Below the pieces are notes generated by a model. It was not told the origin of the DNA and searched no databases. It saw only the letters and a program-made list of their open reading frames with translations. From Octopus vulgaris (lineage: Eukaryota), in NCBI GenBank assembly GCA_951406725.2, contig OX597826.1, positions 31,682,001 to 31,746,000 on the forward strand: 64,000 nucleotides of DNA, in the 5' to 3' direction. The translations under genes and the position numbers were made by a program. Positions 1-28,799 of this stretch are shown piece after piece. Position 1 is the first letter of the stretch. The number at the start of each line of letters is the position of its first letter.

Positions 1-203
1 CGCAATAATCTAATTTTTTTTGCATTGAATGACACAATTTTTTTAAAGTTTTGTTGCTACGTAGCATTTCATATCGCTTGCCAAGATATATATATAGATA
101 TATATATATATATATATATATATAGATATATATGTGTGTATGTATGTATATGTATATATATATATATGTATATATGTATGTATGTGTATGTATGTATGTA
201 TGT

Positions 204-251
<48 letters not shown>

Positions 252-255
<4 letters not shown>

Positions 256-465
256 AATGTGACCGCGTGTGTACCGTTGGCGATTTTTTTTCCTCTGTCT
301 TCCCTTCTCTGGATCTTTCCTTCTCCTATGTTTCCGACAAAGAGCTCCGCTCGAAACGTTAAACCCTCCTTCTTTCCTTCTTTCCTGAGCGTCCAATAAT
401 ACTATATTTGTTCCACGTCCTCGCATTGATGTGATTTTTTTGTGGTTTCTTGTTTGGATTAACTA
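252..465 (+). mobile_element. Penelope-like pseudo-LTR fragment between (TA)n tracts
   Basis: Contains GAGC-TCC-GCTC-GAAACGTT, resembling a degenerate minimal hammerhead of the PLE type; flanked by (TA)n; same layout as the fragments at 9080-9240 and 28800-29065. Confidence 0.4.
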
Positions 466-744
466 TATATATATACATAATTACACAAACACACACACGC
501 GCGCACACACACTCACACACACACATAGCAATAGTATCGTTTTCTTTGCTGCAGTATATGGTGGTACAGCTGGCGTTCAGTGGAATAAATAAATATGGCT
601 ACATAATGAGAAACCCACTGAAGTCGTAACTGAGCAAATTTTGTTTGTGTATTTCAGACAGTTTGACTCGATTGGAATTTATATTTAGGGTAGTGTAAAC
701 ATATGTGACTAAGAGACAATTAAACACCACACTTCAAACATGTA

Positions 745-925
745 GTTTAGCAGTATTTCGTCTGGTATTTCAAATTCCGCCGAGGTCGACTTTGCCTTTC
801 ATCCTTTCAGGGTCGATTAGATAAGTACCATTTACGCACTGGGGTCGATGTAATCGACTCAATCCCATTGTCTGTCCTTGTTTGTCTCCTCTATGTTTAG
901 CCCCTTGTGAGCAATAAAGAAATAT
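745..925 (+). mobile_element. tRNA-derived SINE, 5'-truncated
   Basis: Core TTCAAATTCCGCCGAGGTCGACTTTGCCTTTCATCCTTTC...GGGGTCGATGTAATCGAC recurs many times in the window. Confidence 0.8.
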
Positions 926-981
926 ATAAGCAGGTAGAGCTGTTAGTAGACTGTTATGTAGACATTTATATATATATATAT

Positions 982-1022
<41 letters not shown>

Positions 1023-1206
1023 TATATAAGTAGGTAAATGAATATGTAAGTAAACAGATAGATAGGTACATAAGTAATACGTACAGACAAGCACACACAC
1101 ACTTACATACACAAATGAAGACTGAAACATATGACCATACACACACACATACACAATGCACATAATTATACATAATTACACTCAAACATGCACAATTCTG
1201 ATGATT

Positions 1207-1580
1207 TATTTTTCAACGTAGTCTATTTTGATGGCTGAACACTTTCTCCAGCGGTGCTGAAGTGCCATTATACCGGCATAGAGGAACTCTTTTGTTTGAG
1301 ATTCTAAGAAACTCCCTACAGTGTCTATGATGTCATTGTCAGTGAGAAAATGGCCACCAGCCAGGGCTTTTTCATTTTTGGGAATAGATGAAAGTCAGAG
1401 GGGGCTAAGTCTGGCGAATAAGGCAGATGGGGAACAAGTACGTCTCCACACTCACGAATTGTTGCCATGACAACCACTGAGGTGTGGGCTGGAGCATTGT
1501 CGTGATGAAAAAGGATTCATCTGGTGAGCATCCCTGGTCTTTTTTCTTTGATTGCATCCTGGAGGCAATACAGTAGCTGA
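1207..1580 (-). mobile_element. mariner transposase C-terminal relic
   Basis: Minus-strand translation gives FHHDNAPAHTS...VPHLPYSPDLAPSDFHLFPKMKK, a frameshift, then ALAGGHF...LQHRWRKC...DYVEK*. YSPDLAPSD is the mariner catalytic-domain motif. Confidence 0.9.
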
Positions 1581-2544
1581 ATCATGAAAATGAGCAAGAA
1601 TGCTCCTAAAAGACTGTACTTACCAGAAAAAAATTGTTTTAGCTACCTAGCAGCCCCGTTTCTAGGTTCTCACGTACACCAGCTGTCTCCCCATGTAACT
1701 GTTCTATCAAATGAAACTCTTACTAACTCGAGTAACTTACAAAATTCGATCTGAGGTTCACTAACCATGAACTGAACTTGTTAAACTTTTCTTTGGTTCA
1801 TGGACCCTATAAACTCCTCTTCAATAGAGTTATTGGTACATTTTGATTATTTCTCCCTCATTAAAACTTGCCATTAAAAAAATTGGGTTATCTCCCCACT
1901 AAAAAATTAAGTTTATGTGGATTAAAAGAGTTAGAGCCTTTTGATTGGATACTTCAAACATATTGTTGATGTTTGGCCTCTTCAATAGGAACGGTAGGAT
2001 TTGTTATAAAAATGTTATTAGATTCAATAAGAGGTTTAATCTTTTCAGTTTCCATGTTTAATAATTTTTTCAGTTTTGTTTTTGTGTTATTGAGGTTTAA
2101 AAATTTTTTAGTTGGGGGAGATAACCAAAAGTACCGATATTTTTCATAAAACGGGGTGAGACAACCCACTATTTTAATGGGGGTGCGATAACCAAAAAGT
2201 ATCAAATCACTGTATTGTGTCCTACCCAATAACAGTATCCTTTCAATACCCGAATGAATCGCTGACCACGGAAATAGTCTAAAACCGAGTGCTTTTACAT
2301 TACACTGCGTTTCTGAACTCGCTCTACATTTGAATTGTATGTTCACCGCCCGTAATTTCTATAAATATTTAAGTGGGCTATCATTAGTAAAGTGTAGCTG
2401 ATACATTTGGCTATAATATTCTATTCATGTTTTGGGATCCGAACAAGACATTAAAATTAGCATTAAAAATTTGATTTTGTTTCCGAAATTATTTATTGTA
2501 AAATACCAGAGCTGATCAATTTTAAAACTGAAATTACCCAGTAG

Positions 2545-2760
2545 AATCCTTTCTACTCTAGGCACGAGGTTCGAAATTTTAGGGGAGTGTGTTAGTCGAT
2601 TACATTGACCCTAGTGTTCAACTGGTACTTATTTCATCGACCCTGAAAAATGAAAGGTAAAGTCAATCTCGGTGGAATTTGAACTCGGAACGTAAAGATG
2701 GAAGAAATACCGCTAAACGTTTTGTCCGGCATGCTAACGATTCTGTCAGGTTGCTGCCTT
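2545..2760 (-). mobile_element. tRNA-derived SINE
   Basis: Reverse complement of the SINE core (GAAAGGTAAAGTCAATCTCGGTGGAATTTGAACTC). Confidence 0.8.
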
Positions 2761-2834
2761 ATACTCCAATATAATCAGTGGAATAAAATATTTCACTTTT
2801 TGTCAGTGAAACTGCTTCCTGTTTTACCACAATA

Positions 2835-3604
2835 TCAGGTTTTCCAGTTGTCCAAATCTTCAAATATTTCAGGTAAGTCTCTATGCATTGTTTCTGGTAA
2901 TAACAACAAGAATAATCCAGCTATCACAGACAAAAGACTGAGGATGCTTAAATAAGATGCGAGTTGAAGTAAAGGGTGCACTTATGACACTGATGCGGGA
3001 AGACAATGAAGTTATACCTAACAAGTTTGCTTTGAAAACAAGAATAATATAGATTAGTATGCGGGTATTTCTGTTTGGATTCGATTATTCAATTGACACA
3101 TTACAAAATAATTGACGGCATATTATTCACGTATATATGTGCACAAAAGCACATACATACACCGGCACACACAGGCACAGTAGGTACGGTAAGAACGTAC
3201 ATACGCAGGTACACACATACACAGGCACAGTAAGTAAGTATGGAGAAAGAAGTTTGTAATGTTTGTTTTATTAGAATGTGATGCTGGCTGTGATACTAAG
3301 GAATGTGATACTAAGGAATACTATTCGATTCTCCCGAATGCAGTTTAGATTTGGTTAATATAAAGGTCATCTAAACAATTCTATAGCACCACCATAACAT
3401 CAACATGCAATGAGTCATAAAATATTATGAAAGAAATATTTACCAAAAGGAGTGGCTGTGTGGTAAGTAGCTTGCTTACGAACCACATGGTTCCGGGTTC
3501 AGTCCCGCTGCATGGCACCTTGGGTAAGTGTCTTCTACTATAGCCTGGGCTGACCAAAACCTTATGAGTGGATTTAGTAGACGGAAACTGAAAGAAGCCC
3601 GTCG

Positions 3605-3644
<40 letters not shown>

Positions 3645-4110
3645 CATATGTTTGTGTGTCTGTGTTTGTCCCCCCAACACCGCTTAACAACCGATGGTGG
3701 TGTGTTTACGTCCCTGTAACTTAGCGGTTCGGTAAAAAGACCGATAGAATAAGTACCAGGCTTACAAAGAATAAGCCCTGGGGTCGATTTGCTCGACTAA
3801 AGGCGGTGCTCCAGCATGACCACATTCAAATGACTGAAACAAGTAAGAGTGTAAAAGAGTAATTAAAACAAATAATAGATGTGTCTGATGCAATCCGACA
3901 TATTTTAAATTGATCAATAAAAGTTTCTTTTGTTTGGTTAAAACTTGTTCCTTCCGGATATTTTCTTGGAAGTTCTTCTTGAATGAAGTCTTCTTCCTAT
4001 TACATGAGAAAACTGATTATTTTTCTTTATCCCTTTCTGAAGAAGTGCTTTGGCTTCTAAAAAGCATTTTTTTTTTACCAATAAGCCATCTGGGAGATTC
4101 GGGGAGAAAG
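2835..4110 (-). pseudogene. Decayed SLC22-like transporter copy (remnants of the PESPRW exon and the last exon)
   Basis: 4110-3862 reads [13 protein letters not shown] then frameshifts in an A10 run; a SINE interrupts it just before the TG|GTAAAT donor at 3444. 3031-2835 reads ANLLGITSLSSRISVISAPF, frameshift/deletion, LSILSLLSVIAGLFLLLLPETMHRDLPEIFEDLDNWKT*, with the acceptor AG changed to AA. The two intervening exons are absent. Confidence 0.9.
3447..3861 (+). mobile_element. tRNA-derived SINE with internal (TA)n, inserted in the pseudogene exon
   Basis: Head GGAGTGGCTGTGTGGTAAG (A box) and GGTTCAGTCCC (B box); tail GCTCCAGCATGACC...TGACTGAAACAAGTAAGAG. Confidence 0.85.
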
Positions 4111-4293
4111 CTGAAAGCTTTCGATTTAAAGAAATCTTAGAAAGAACTGCGTATAATGAGAAACTACATGATTTGAACATATAAATATGTCTGCCTTTAT
4201 GTAGATGTACAAGTAGGTAAATACATTTTTGTCCATGTCATCCATCCATCCATCCATCCATCCATCCGTCCGTCCGTCCGTCCGTCCGTCCAT

Positions 4294-4329
<36 letters not shown>

Positions 4330-4380
4330 CCATCTATCGATCCATTCGTCCATCCATCCATCCATCCATCAATCCATCCA

Positions 4381-4447
<67 letters not shown>

Positions 4448-5572
4448 CACAGTACTTATTCCAAACGTCCTTTATGACACAAACGCACGCGCGCGCGTGC
4501 ACACATATTTTATTCATATATATGAAATGAGGGAGAAATTGGTGGGGCGAGAGAGGGAAAAATAAATTGTGTATAGCTTAATATGTCATTCAGTATTCCA
4601 ACGCAACCGAAATATTGACATTTATACACAGTTAACTCCATTTTATGCTGTAACAATCTTGAGGAAAATAACCTCGACATCATATCAATAAAAAGCGATT
4701 ATTGCTGCAACCGATGGCTTTATTTAGCGGTTTGCCATTAAATCCGAAGACTGTTACAACTAATGAATGTCGCAACTATACAGGGTCTGTAGACTCGACG
4801 AAAGACTGACAGTAAAGAGGAATAAACTTTCATGAAGCTAAAACTGAAATATATAAATATTTTAAATAATTATGTCATTGAAAAAAAAATTGTAACATCG
4901 GTTGGAATTTTCCATCAAGGAACCTTCTCACATTTTCTCCACTTCGAGTCTCTGAGCAAGGATTGACATATTTACTTTTGCTACTATAAAATATCTTCAT
5001 TGCACGAGTTATGGGTCATAACAATGAGCCATGAGTTATTTCCCTTTCTGATACGCACCTGTTTATATCGCTGTTTGGTGTTTTCGATTCCTTGCTTTAC
5101 CTGAAATAGATATTTCTGGACGGTTTATAATATTTCCATTTCTTGAAAAGAATTCGTATCTAGTTTTTCAGCTATCCTTCATATTTTCAAGTTCGACATT
5201 ACGGAATAATTATTTTTGTAAGGGATTGAGTGATATCTATTGAAGTTTAAATATTCATGCGGATCGTTGTCTGTAAAAGAAATGACAATAAACACCCAAC
5301 AGCGACATCTAACGTGAGCACGCGGAATGTGTTTATTGATAAACATAAGACTAACTAAATTAAAACTGATACAAGTGTTCCGTACAAATTCGGTAGGAAG
5401 AATAATTTTCAATATGGCAACGGTAAAACAAAATTTAAAAAATGGCAACTGTAAGACAAATTAATGAAGCTGAAACAGCTGTAATTTATGAGATGCGTCA
5501 TTTTTTTTTGTATAAAATATTTAAATTGAATTCATAATTGTTCAATTTATTGTTTTGTTTTTCCATTAATGA

Positions 5573-5612
<40 letters not shown>

Positions 5613-5741
5613 TAAACTCTATCTTTATTTTATTCACCTATTGCTATTGAAGTAACATTATTATTGATGTAGGTAATATAAACTAGTAAATTATTCGTAT
5701 ATTCAATATCCTTTAAGTGTATTTTACAACCAGCTAAACTG

Positions 5742-5774
<33 letters not shown>

Positions 5775-5992
5775 CAATATAGGGTGGCAAAAAATTTTGT
5801 AGAATTTTTTTGCCACCAGCGGCCTAGTGGGAAAAAATTAAATAGTCATAGACCATTTATAAGTTCAACATCACAATCAAGGAACGGCCATAATAGGCCA
5901 TTCACCCACTAGAAATAACAGCCAAAGCTTCAACCGCAAAATAACATTAATTCCGCAAACCAGGAGAAAATTAAAAAAACATTTACCCTGTA

Positions 5993-6099
5993 ATTTCTTA
6001 TACGATGCACCGTTTCATCTAATGTTTAATGGTAAACTAACCTGATTAAATTAAATCAAGCCAATCTTCCATAGGCCCTTAGATTCGTCAGTAAGAAAT
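5993..6099 (-). ncRNA. Type I hammerhead ribozyme
   Basis: Minus strand reads ATTTCTTA-CTGACGA-ATCTA[long hairpin]TAGAT-GAAAC-GGTGCATC-GTA^TAAGAAAT. Stems I, II and III pair and the core is canonical. Confidence 0.85.
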
Positions 6100-6828
6100 A
6101 GCCAGATCGGAACAGATATTTTCACGAGGCACTTCTGTCCCTGCCTCGGCAATATCTGACCTAAAATTTTCAAATCATCGCACTCGCGCCAAATTTATCG
6201 GCAGCAAATAAATATAAGCCGCCGATTCCATTACGGAATTAACCAGAAAATTCATAATTAATCAATATAGGGTGGCAAAAAATTTTGTAGAATTTTTTTG
6301 CCACCAGCGGCCTAGTGGGAAAAAATTAAATAGTCATAGACCATTTATAAGTTCAACATCACAATCAAGGAACGGCCATAATAGGCCATTCACCCACTAG
6401 AAATAACAGCCAAAGCTTCAACCGCAAAATAACATTAATTCCGCAAACCAGGAGAAAATTAAAAAGACATTTACCCTGTAATTGCGGAATTAATGTTATT
6501 TTGCGGTTGAAGCTTTGGCTGTTATTTCTAGTGGGTGAATGGCCTATTATGGCCGTTCCTTGATTGTGATGTTGAACTTATAAATGGTCTATGACTATTT
6601 AATTTTTTCCCACTAGGTTGCTGGTGGCAAAAAAATTCTACAAAATTTTTTGCCACCCTATATTGATTAATTATGAATTTTCTGGTTAATTCCGTAATGG
6701 AATCGGCGGCTTATATTTATTTGCTGCCGATAAATTTGGCGCGAGTGCGATGATTTGAAAATTTTAGGTCAGATATTGCCGAGGCAGGGACAGAAGTGCC
6801 TCGTGAAAATATCTGTTCCGATCTGGCT

Positions 6829-6935
6829 ATTTCTTACTGACGAATCTAAGGGCCTATGGAAGATTGGCTTGATTTAATTTAATCAGGTTAGTTTACCATT
6901 AAACAATAGATGAAACGGTGCATCGTATAAGAAAT
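6829..6935 (+). ncRNA. Type I hammerhead ribozyme
   Basis: Stem I ATTTCTTA 6829-6836 pairs TAAGAAAT 6928-6935; CTGACGA 6837-6843; stem II base ATCTA 6844-6848 pairs TAGAT 6907-6911; GAAA at 6912; stem III ACGG-TGCA-TCGT; GUA triplet 6925-6927. Confidence 0.85.
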
Positions 6936-7053
6936 TACAGGGTAAATGTTTTTTTAATTTTCTCCTGGTTTGCGGAATTAATGTTATTTTGCGGTTGAAG
7001 CTTTGGCTGTTATTTCTAGTGGGTGAATGGCCTATTATGGCCGTTCCTTGATT

Positions 7054-7105
<52 letters not shown>

Positions 7106-7108
<3 letters not shown>

Positions 7109-7496
7109 TTATATATAAAAAAGAGGTTGTGTGTCTGTCTCCTACGATTTAGATTCCTAACTACTCCCACATTTTGCGGTGCAGTATAACCAAAACCGGG
7201 TATCTTATAGTCGTGATTCATATCGAGCCCTTCTGAGTATTAACGCGCGTCTACGATGAGTCTACGATTTAAAAAAAAAATTACTATAATTTTTTCCATT
7301 TTAATGCATTTTTTCGCTATTATATAAGTAACTCTCTAAAAATGTCTACGATGAGTCAACGATTTAAAAAAATTTACCATCATTTTTTTTTCCATTTTTA
7401 ATGCATTCTTTTGCTAATTTTTGGCTATAACTCTCTGAAAATGCTTATATAGTTATTTCCCTTACAAGTCCGAGCAACGCCGGGCGATACTGCTAG
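7106..7496 (+). mobile_element. Non-autonomous Helitron
   Basis: A|TC 5' end, subterminal hairpin GTCCGAGCAACGCCGGGC (7468-7485), CTAG|T 3' end, internal direct repeat. Confidence 0.8.
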
Positions 7497-8454
7497 TATA
7501 TATATATAGTAACTACGTGTGCATGTTTATGTGTGAATATTTATCCAAAATAAGTAACTATACTTTCCAACTGCTGTACTTTACCGTACAAAATTTTCAT
7601 CAAGGCAATAGGATAGTGAATCTATATATTTTTTGCTGTACATCTCTCACAAGTACCTGTTTGTATTTAAGTGAATTAAATGACACAAATATACACGTAT
7701 TGCAGTTTACATAATAGGTATTCATAAGACTGTTGAGTAAACGTTAATTAAGAATGCATTGTCTAATAATTCTATGCATTAGCATTAATTGAAATTCATT
7801 GAAGCGGAAACGAATAAGATATTTGAATGTAAAGCTGACATATATTTATTTTGCTTTAATTCACAAACTTGAGATGTAGCGACGAAAAGACTAATCTAGG
7901 AAAATTTTTATGTTATCCTAAGATTTTCATCAAGCATGGGAGAAAACGTGTGTGATGTTTCGAGCTTATTATGACCCTTTCAGTTATGTATAGTTTTTGA
8001 TAGAGAAAAATATGTAGGTTTAATCACTTTTATACATGTATTAGCATCACAAAAGCAGTGAACCGGATTCGAAAGGGGAGCGAAAAAGGGTCTCAAACAC
8101 AGCTTCAGATGCCTTTACATTTTGCTTTATGATTTTGGTTACTTTGAGTAAAAATTAAATTTCTTGATTTTGAAATATACAATACCGGTGAAGAGATTGA
8201 AACCATTGTGATTTTACACGTTACAGAAATTCTTGAACCTGATATACACCATAGCACAACATAGCACATCAAGTCTGCAGTATATTGTATATAGGTGAAG
8301 TGGCTCATTTGTTTGGAAACAGTTTCAGATGTAACAATAATACTAAAACGCAGATCATGGTCGTCCATCTTCTGTTACTTAATTTCTATTTTATAGTAAT
8401 CACTGCATTTCACATATAACTTAAGTTTTATGATACTTATAATATTGGTAACAA

Positions 8455-8625
8455 ATTTTGGCACCAGGTCAGTAATTTCAATAGAGGGGGTAAGTCAATT
8501 ACTTATTTTATCGACCCCGAAAGGATGAAAGGTAAAGTTGGCATCAGCAGCATTTGAACGCAGACGGATGAAATGTGGTTAAGCCTTTTTCCCGGCGTGC
8601 TAACTAGTCTGCTAGCTCACCTGCC
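8455..8625 (-). mobile_element. tRNA-derived SINE, degenerate
   Basis: TCGACCCCGAAAGGATGAAAGGTAAAG core in reverse orientation. Confidence 0.7.
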
Positions 8626-9079
8626 TTCTATCATACTTATAATAGTGATTTCGTGTAATTGTTTCTCTGCATTGGTCCAAATTCCAATATTTCAACCCAT
8701 CCTACATCAATACATGCTGAAATGCATGATGAACAAGTAAAACTGATCATCCTTTAGATAGCGATGTTCGGAACCATCTTGACGACAGCAACAACTTTCA
8801 GCAGATTTCTAAACGATGGCCTGATATTTCAACTCGTCAGTCAATTCCATGTCGCAGCTTGCGGTTTATGGCGATTTTTTATTCAATAGAATGTGTCATT
8901 AGTAAAGGTTGGCCACGCTTAGTTTCGGAACCAACAGTTTTATTTTCTAACACATTTTCCCTAATTCTTTTCCATCTCGTTTTCAGCAGGAATTTTCTCG
9001 TGATCAATTTTATATTTGTCGAGTTTTGAACTATCATGCCAGTTTATGTTTATATTGCTTTATTTCATATATATATATA

Positions 9080-9240
9080 TAAAGGGAGAATTCACGAAGA
9101 CAGGTGGTGTAGAAAACAAACAGATGTATTAGTATAACGCTCGGGAATTGAAAAAGTCTTTTACGTTTCGAGCCTACGCTCTTCCACAGAAAGGAACACA
9201 GAAAGAAACAAGGAGAGAAGAAAAATATACACACATGTGT
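9080..9240 (-). mobile_element. Penelope-like pseudo-LTR fragment
   Basis: Minus strand TGGAAGAGCGTAGGCTCGAAACGTAAAAGAC ending at (TA)n; same family at 28800-29065 and 49460-49722. Confidence 0.5.
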
Positions 9241-9471
9241 GAGTATCACTAGCTTATATCTCGAAGGTACCAGCGAATGAGGTTTTGGTGTGGTACCTTG
9301 GAAATGTAAACTATCTGTCAATAATATAAGTTAGGTCGTGTAGAAAAACAGAAATGTAAAAAAGAAAACAAAAGATACATTTTGTAAAAAAAGAAAACAA
9401 AAAAAAGGCATTTTTTAGTTGACGAATAATTTAAGAAAAGTAACTTCCGCGCATGGCTGGGTTACACTACA

Positions 9472-26243
<16,772 letters not shown>

Positions 26244-27476
26244 GGTAAAAACACAATTGTTTTAGAGTTTCTCTTTAAATTTGCAATGTTTTACCTAGAA
26301 CAAAATTTGAACAAACAAAACATCAAATAAGTGAGTAAAATTACTTAAATTTTCTCAGTCTATAAATGTTAGTGTAGAAATTTTCCTTCACTTTCGGAGG
26401 TAACACTCCTGTAAGTTTTGTAAAAATTGCAAATTTACTACAAATATGTAAGCAAGACAATTCTTTTCGAAGTCCTAACAGTTCTACTCATCCAGCAATC
26501 TTTATTGGTTCAATGAGTCATATCTCAAAATTTGTGCTTTGTACGCATAAATAGAACGTTTTATTTTACATGCACAAGATCAATGAACCGCCATAAATAA
26601 TTACGTAAATAAAATAATGAAAAGCAGATGTTAACAACGACTGTAGACTATGTAATGAGTACAAAGAAATATATGATCTCAACACTCTGGTTGTTGAGTC
26701 CTTCTAGAGCTTGATTATATTTATGGTACTGAGGGAGTTAGTAGCCATGTTAAGGGAGCAATGTGCCCTAACGTGAAGGCGTAAACCGGGCAAGAAGTAG
26801 TAGTAATGTGTATGAAAGTGTGACACGTTCTAGCATGGCCATTTTGGAGTCGCTACATTTTCTACCTCTCCTCCTGTTTCTCTCTGTCTTTCATCCTCTG
26901 TGTGGGCATATTTACCTTTATGTTTATGAGGAGAGAGAAAGTCTTTATGTCAATAATGTTCAGTTATTAAATTGCAATATCTCTCTCCCACTCACACACT
27001 TTCTGTCTAGCAGCACCAAATGTACTGTCGCTAAAACAGGTTAAATCTCCAATGAGCCGTGCCAAATTGTCAACGTCCAAACAGCTGCGCTCATTCGTTT
27101 CATACTGCGTACCAAATCTGTTACAAGAAACGAGCTGACCACAGTTAACTGGAATATCGCTTTCCCGACTGACAAGGAGATCCAGTCAAAACTTCCAGAA
27201 GCAATTGTGAAGGATTGGCATGAATATACATAACTTCTCGATTCCTTTTAAACAACTCAACACCCAAAATTGAATCAAACAAAACGGGAAGCATCAAAGC
27301 GGAAACAGTTTTAAAAAATTGCGCAACAAGATACGATGAATATAAGAGCAAAATCTATACAAAGGCAGTCGACATTACACGCTGTTTATCCATAAACTAC
27401 ATTGAAAACAAAAAATTTTAATTCAATAATCACTTTGCAATAACCTTTGTACACACCATAATCTTACATGATTTTT

Positions 27477-27595
27477 ATAATAGAATGATATCACTTTGAA
27501 TGCACCGGTTCTGGTTCGATTAATGAAGTTAAGCAACACCCAGTCTAGTGAGTACTTAGACGGGTGACCGATTGGGAAATCTAGGTGCTGTAAGC
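27477..27595 (+). pseudogene. 5S rRNA pseudogene
   Basis: CACTTTGAATGCACCGGTTCTGGTTCGAT...GAAGTTAAGCA...GTACTTAGACGGGTGACCGATTGGGAAATCTAGGTGCTGTAAGC aligns by eye with eukaryotic 5S (A box, C box, 3' end) with many substitutions. Confidence 0.8.
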
Positions 27596-27789
27596 ACCTC
27601 ACACTTTCTATAGGTTCAGGCGTGACTGTGTGGTAAGGAGCTCGTGACTGTGTGGTTAGGAGTCTCACTGCGTGGCAGCTAGAGTAAGTGACTTTTACTA
27701 TAGCCTCGGGCCGACCAAAGCCTTGTGAGTGGATTTCGTAAACGAACAATGAAAGAAGACCGTGGTATGTATATATATATATAATACAC

Positions 27790-27998
27790 ATAAAGGGTGA
27801 AATATAATTAATTTAATAAAATTAATAAATTTCACCTAGTAGTTTTTTTCGGTATGGAAATGACCATATTTGGTAAGGATTATATTAATTATAATAAAGA
27901 GTTAATTGCAACAAGTTGCTCAAAACCGCATACCGAAAATATTAGAAATATTTTCTAATATTTTCGGTATGCGGTTTTGAGCAACTTGTTGCAATTAT
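27790..27998. repeat. Fold-back element in (TA)n
   Basis: Palindrome TAATTGCAACAAGTTGCTCAAAACCGCATACCGAAAATATTAGAAA and its complement (about 27903-27997); paralogous copy at 47298-47502. Confidence 0.8.
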
Positions 27999-28019
27999 AT
28001 ATATATATATATATATATA

Positions 28020-28345
<326 letters not shown>

Positions 28346-28799
28346 TGTATGTATGTATGTATGTGTGTGTGTGTGTGTGTGTACGTGTACATATATATAT
28401 ATATATACGGCAAATAAGAAAACGGAGAGGATATAAAATCGACAGACATCAGCCAATAAGCATTCAAGTATGTCTATTTATTCTGTTGTATTGGAAGAAT
28501 ACACACACATGTATGAGTGATGCAGATTAACCAGTAGAAAAAGCTGGTAACTACATACACAAGGGTGTGGATACGTACAAGTATACAGAACCAAATAAGC
28601 AAAAGTATAAATGGGTGTGCACCCATATATTGAATAAATAGACATTTTATATCCTCTTTGTTTTCTTATTTGCCGTATAAATCATGCGAAAATCACTTTT
28701 TTACTCCCGCCCATATATAATACACACACACACACACACACGTATATATATATATGCATGTATATATATATATCTGTATGTATATGTATGTATATATAG

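Larger units (their letters stand above)
5771..7057. mobile_element. Fold-back array of a 488-nt hammerhead-bearing unit (retrozyme/Penelope-like), inserted in (TA)n
   Basis: Unit start TAATCAATATAGGGTGGC at 5771 and again at 6259; inversion at about 6483; reverse-complement copy to 7057; (TA)n on both sides. Confidence 0.85.

Noticed and set aside
25-426. ORFs rich in IY, TH, CV, LSIY, poly-N, poly-I, poly-K or poly-L here and across the window
   Set aside because: They are translations of (TA)n, (CA)n, (TATC)n, (AAT)n and (GAA)n microsatellites, not genes.
8105-8368. 87-aa ORF as a missing 5' exon of the pseudogene
   Set aside because: No similarity to any SLC22 exon of copies A or B and no recognisable motif.
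27477-27595. Functional 5S rRNA gene
   Set aside because: Degenerate 5' end, many substitutions, no oligo-T terminator directly after, and not in a 5S array.
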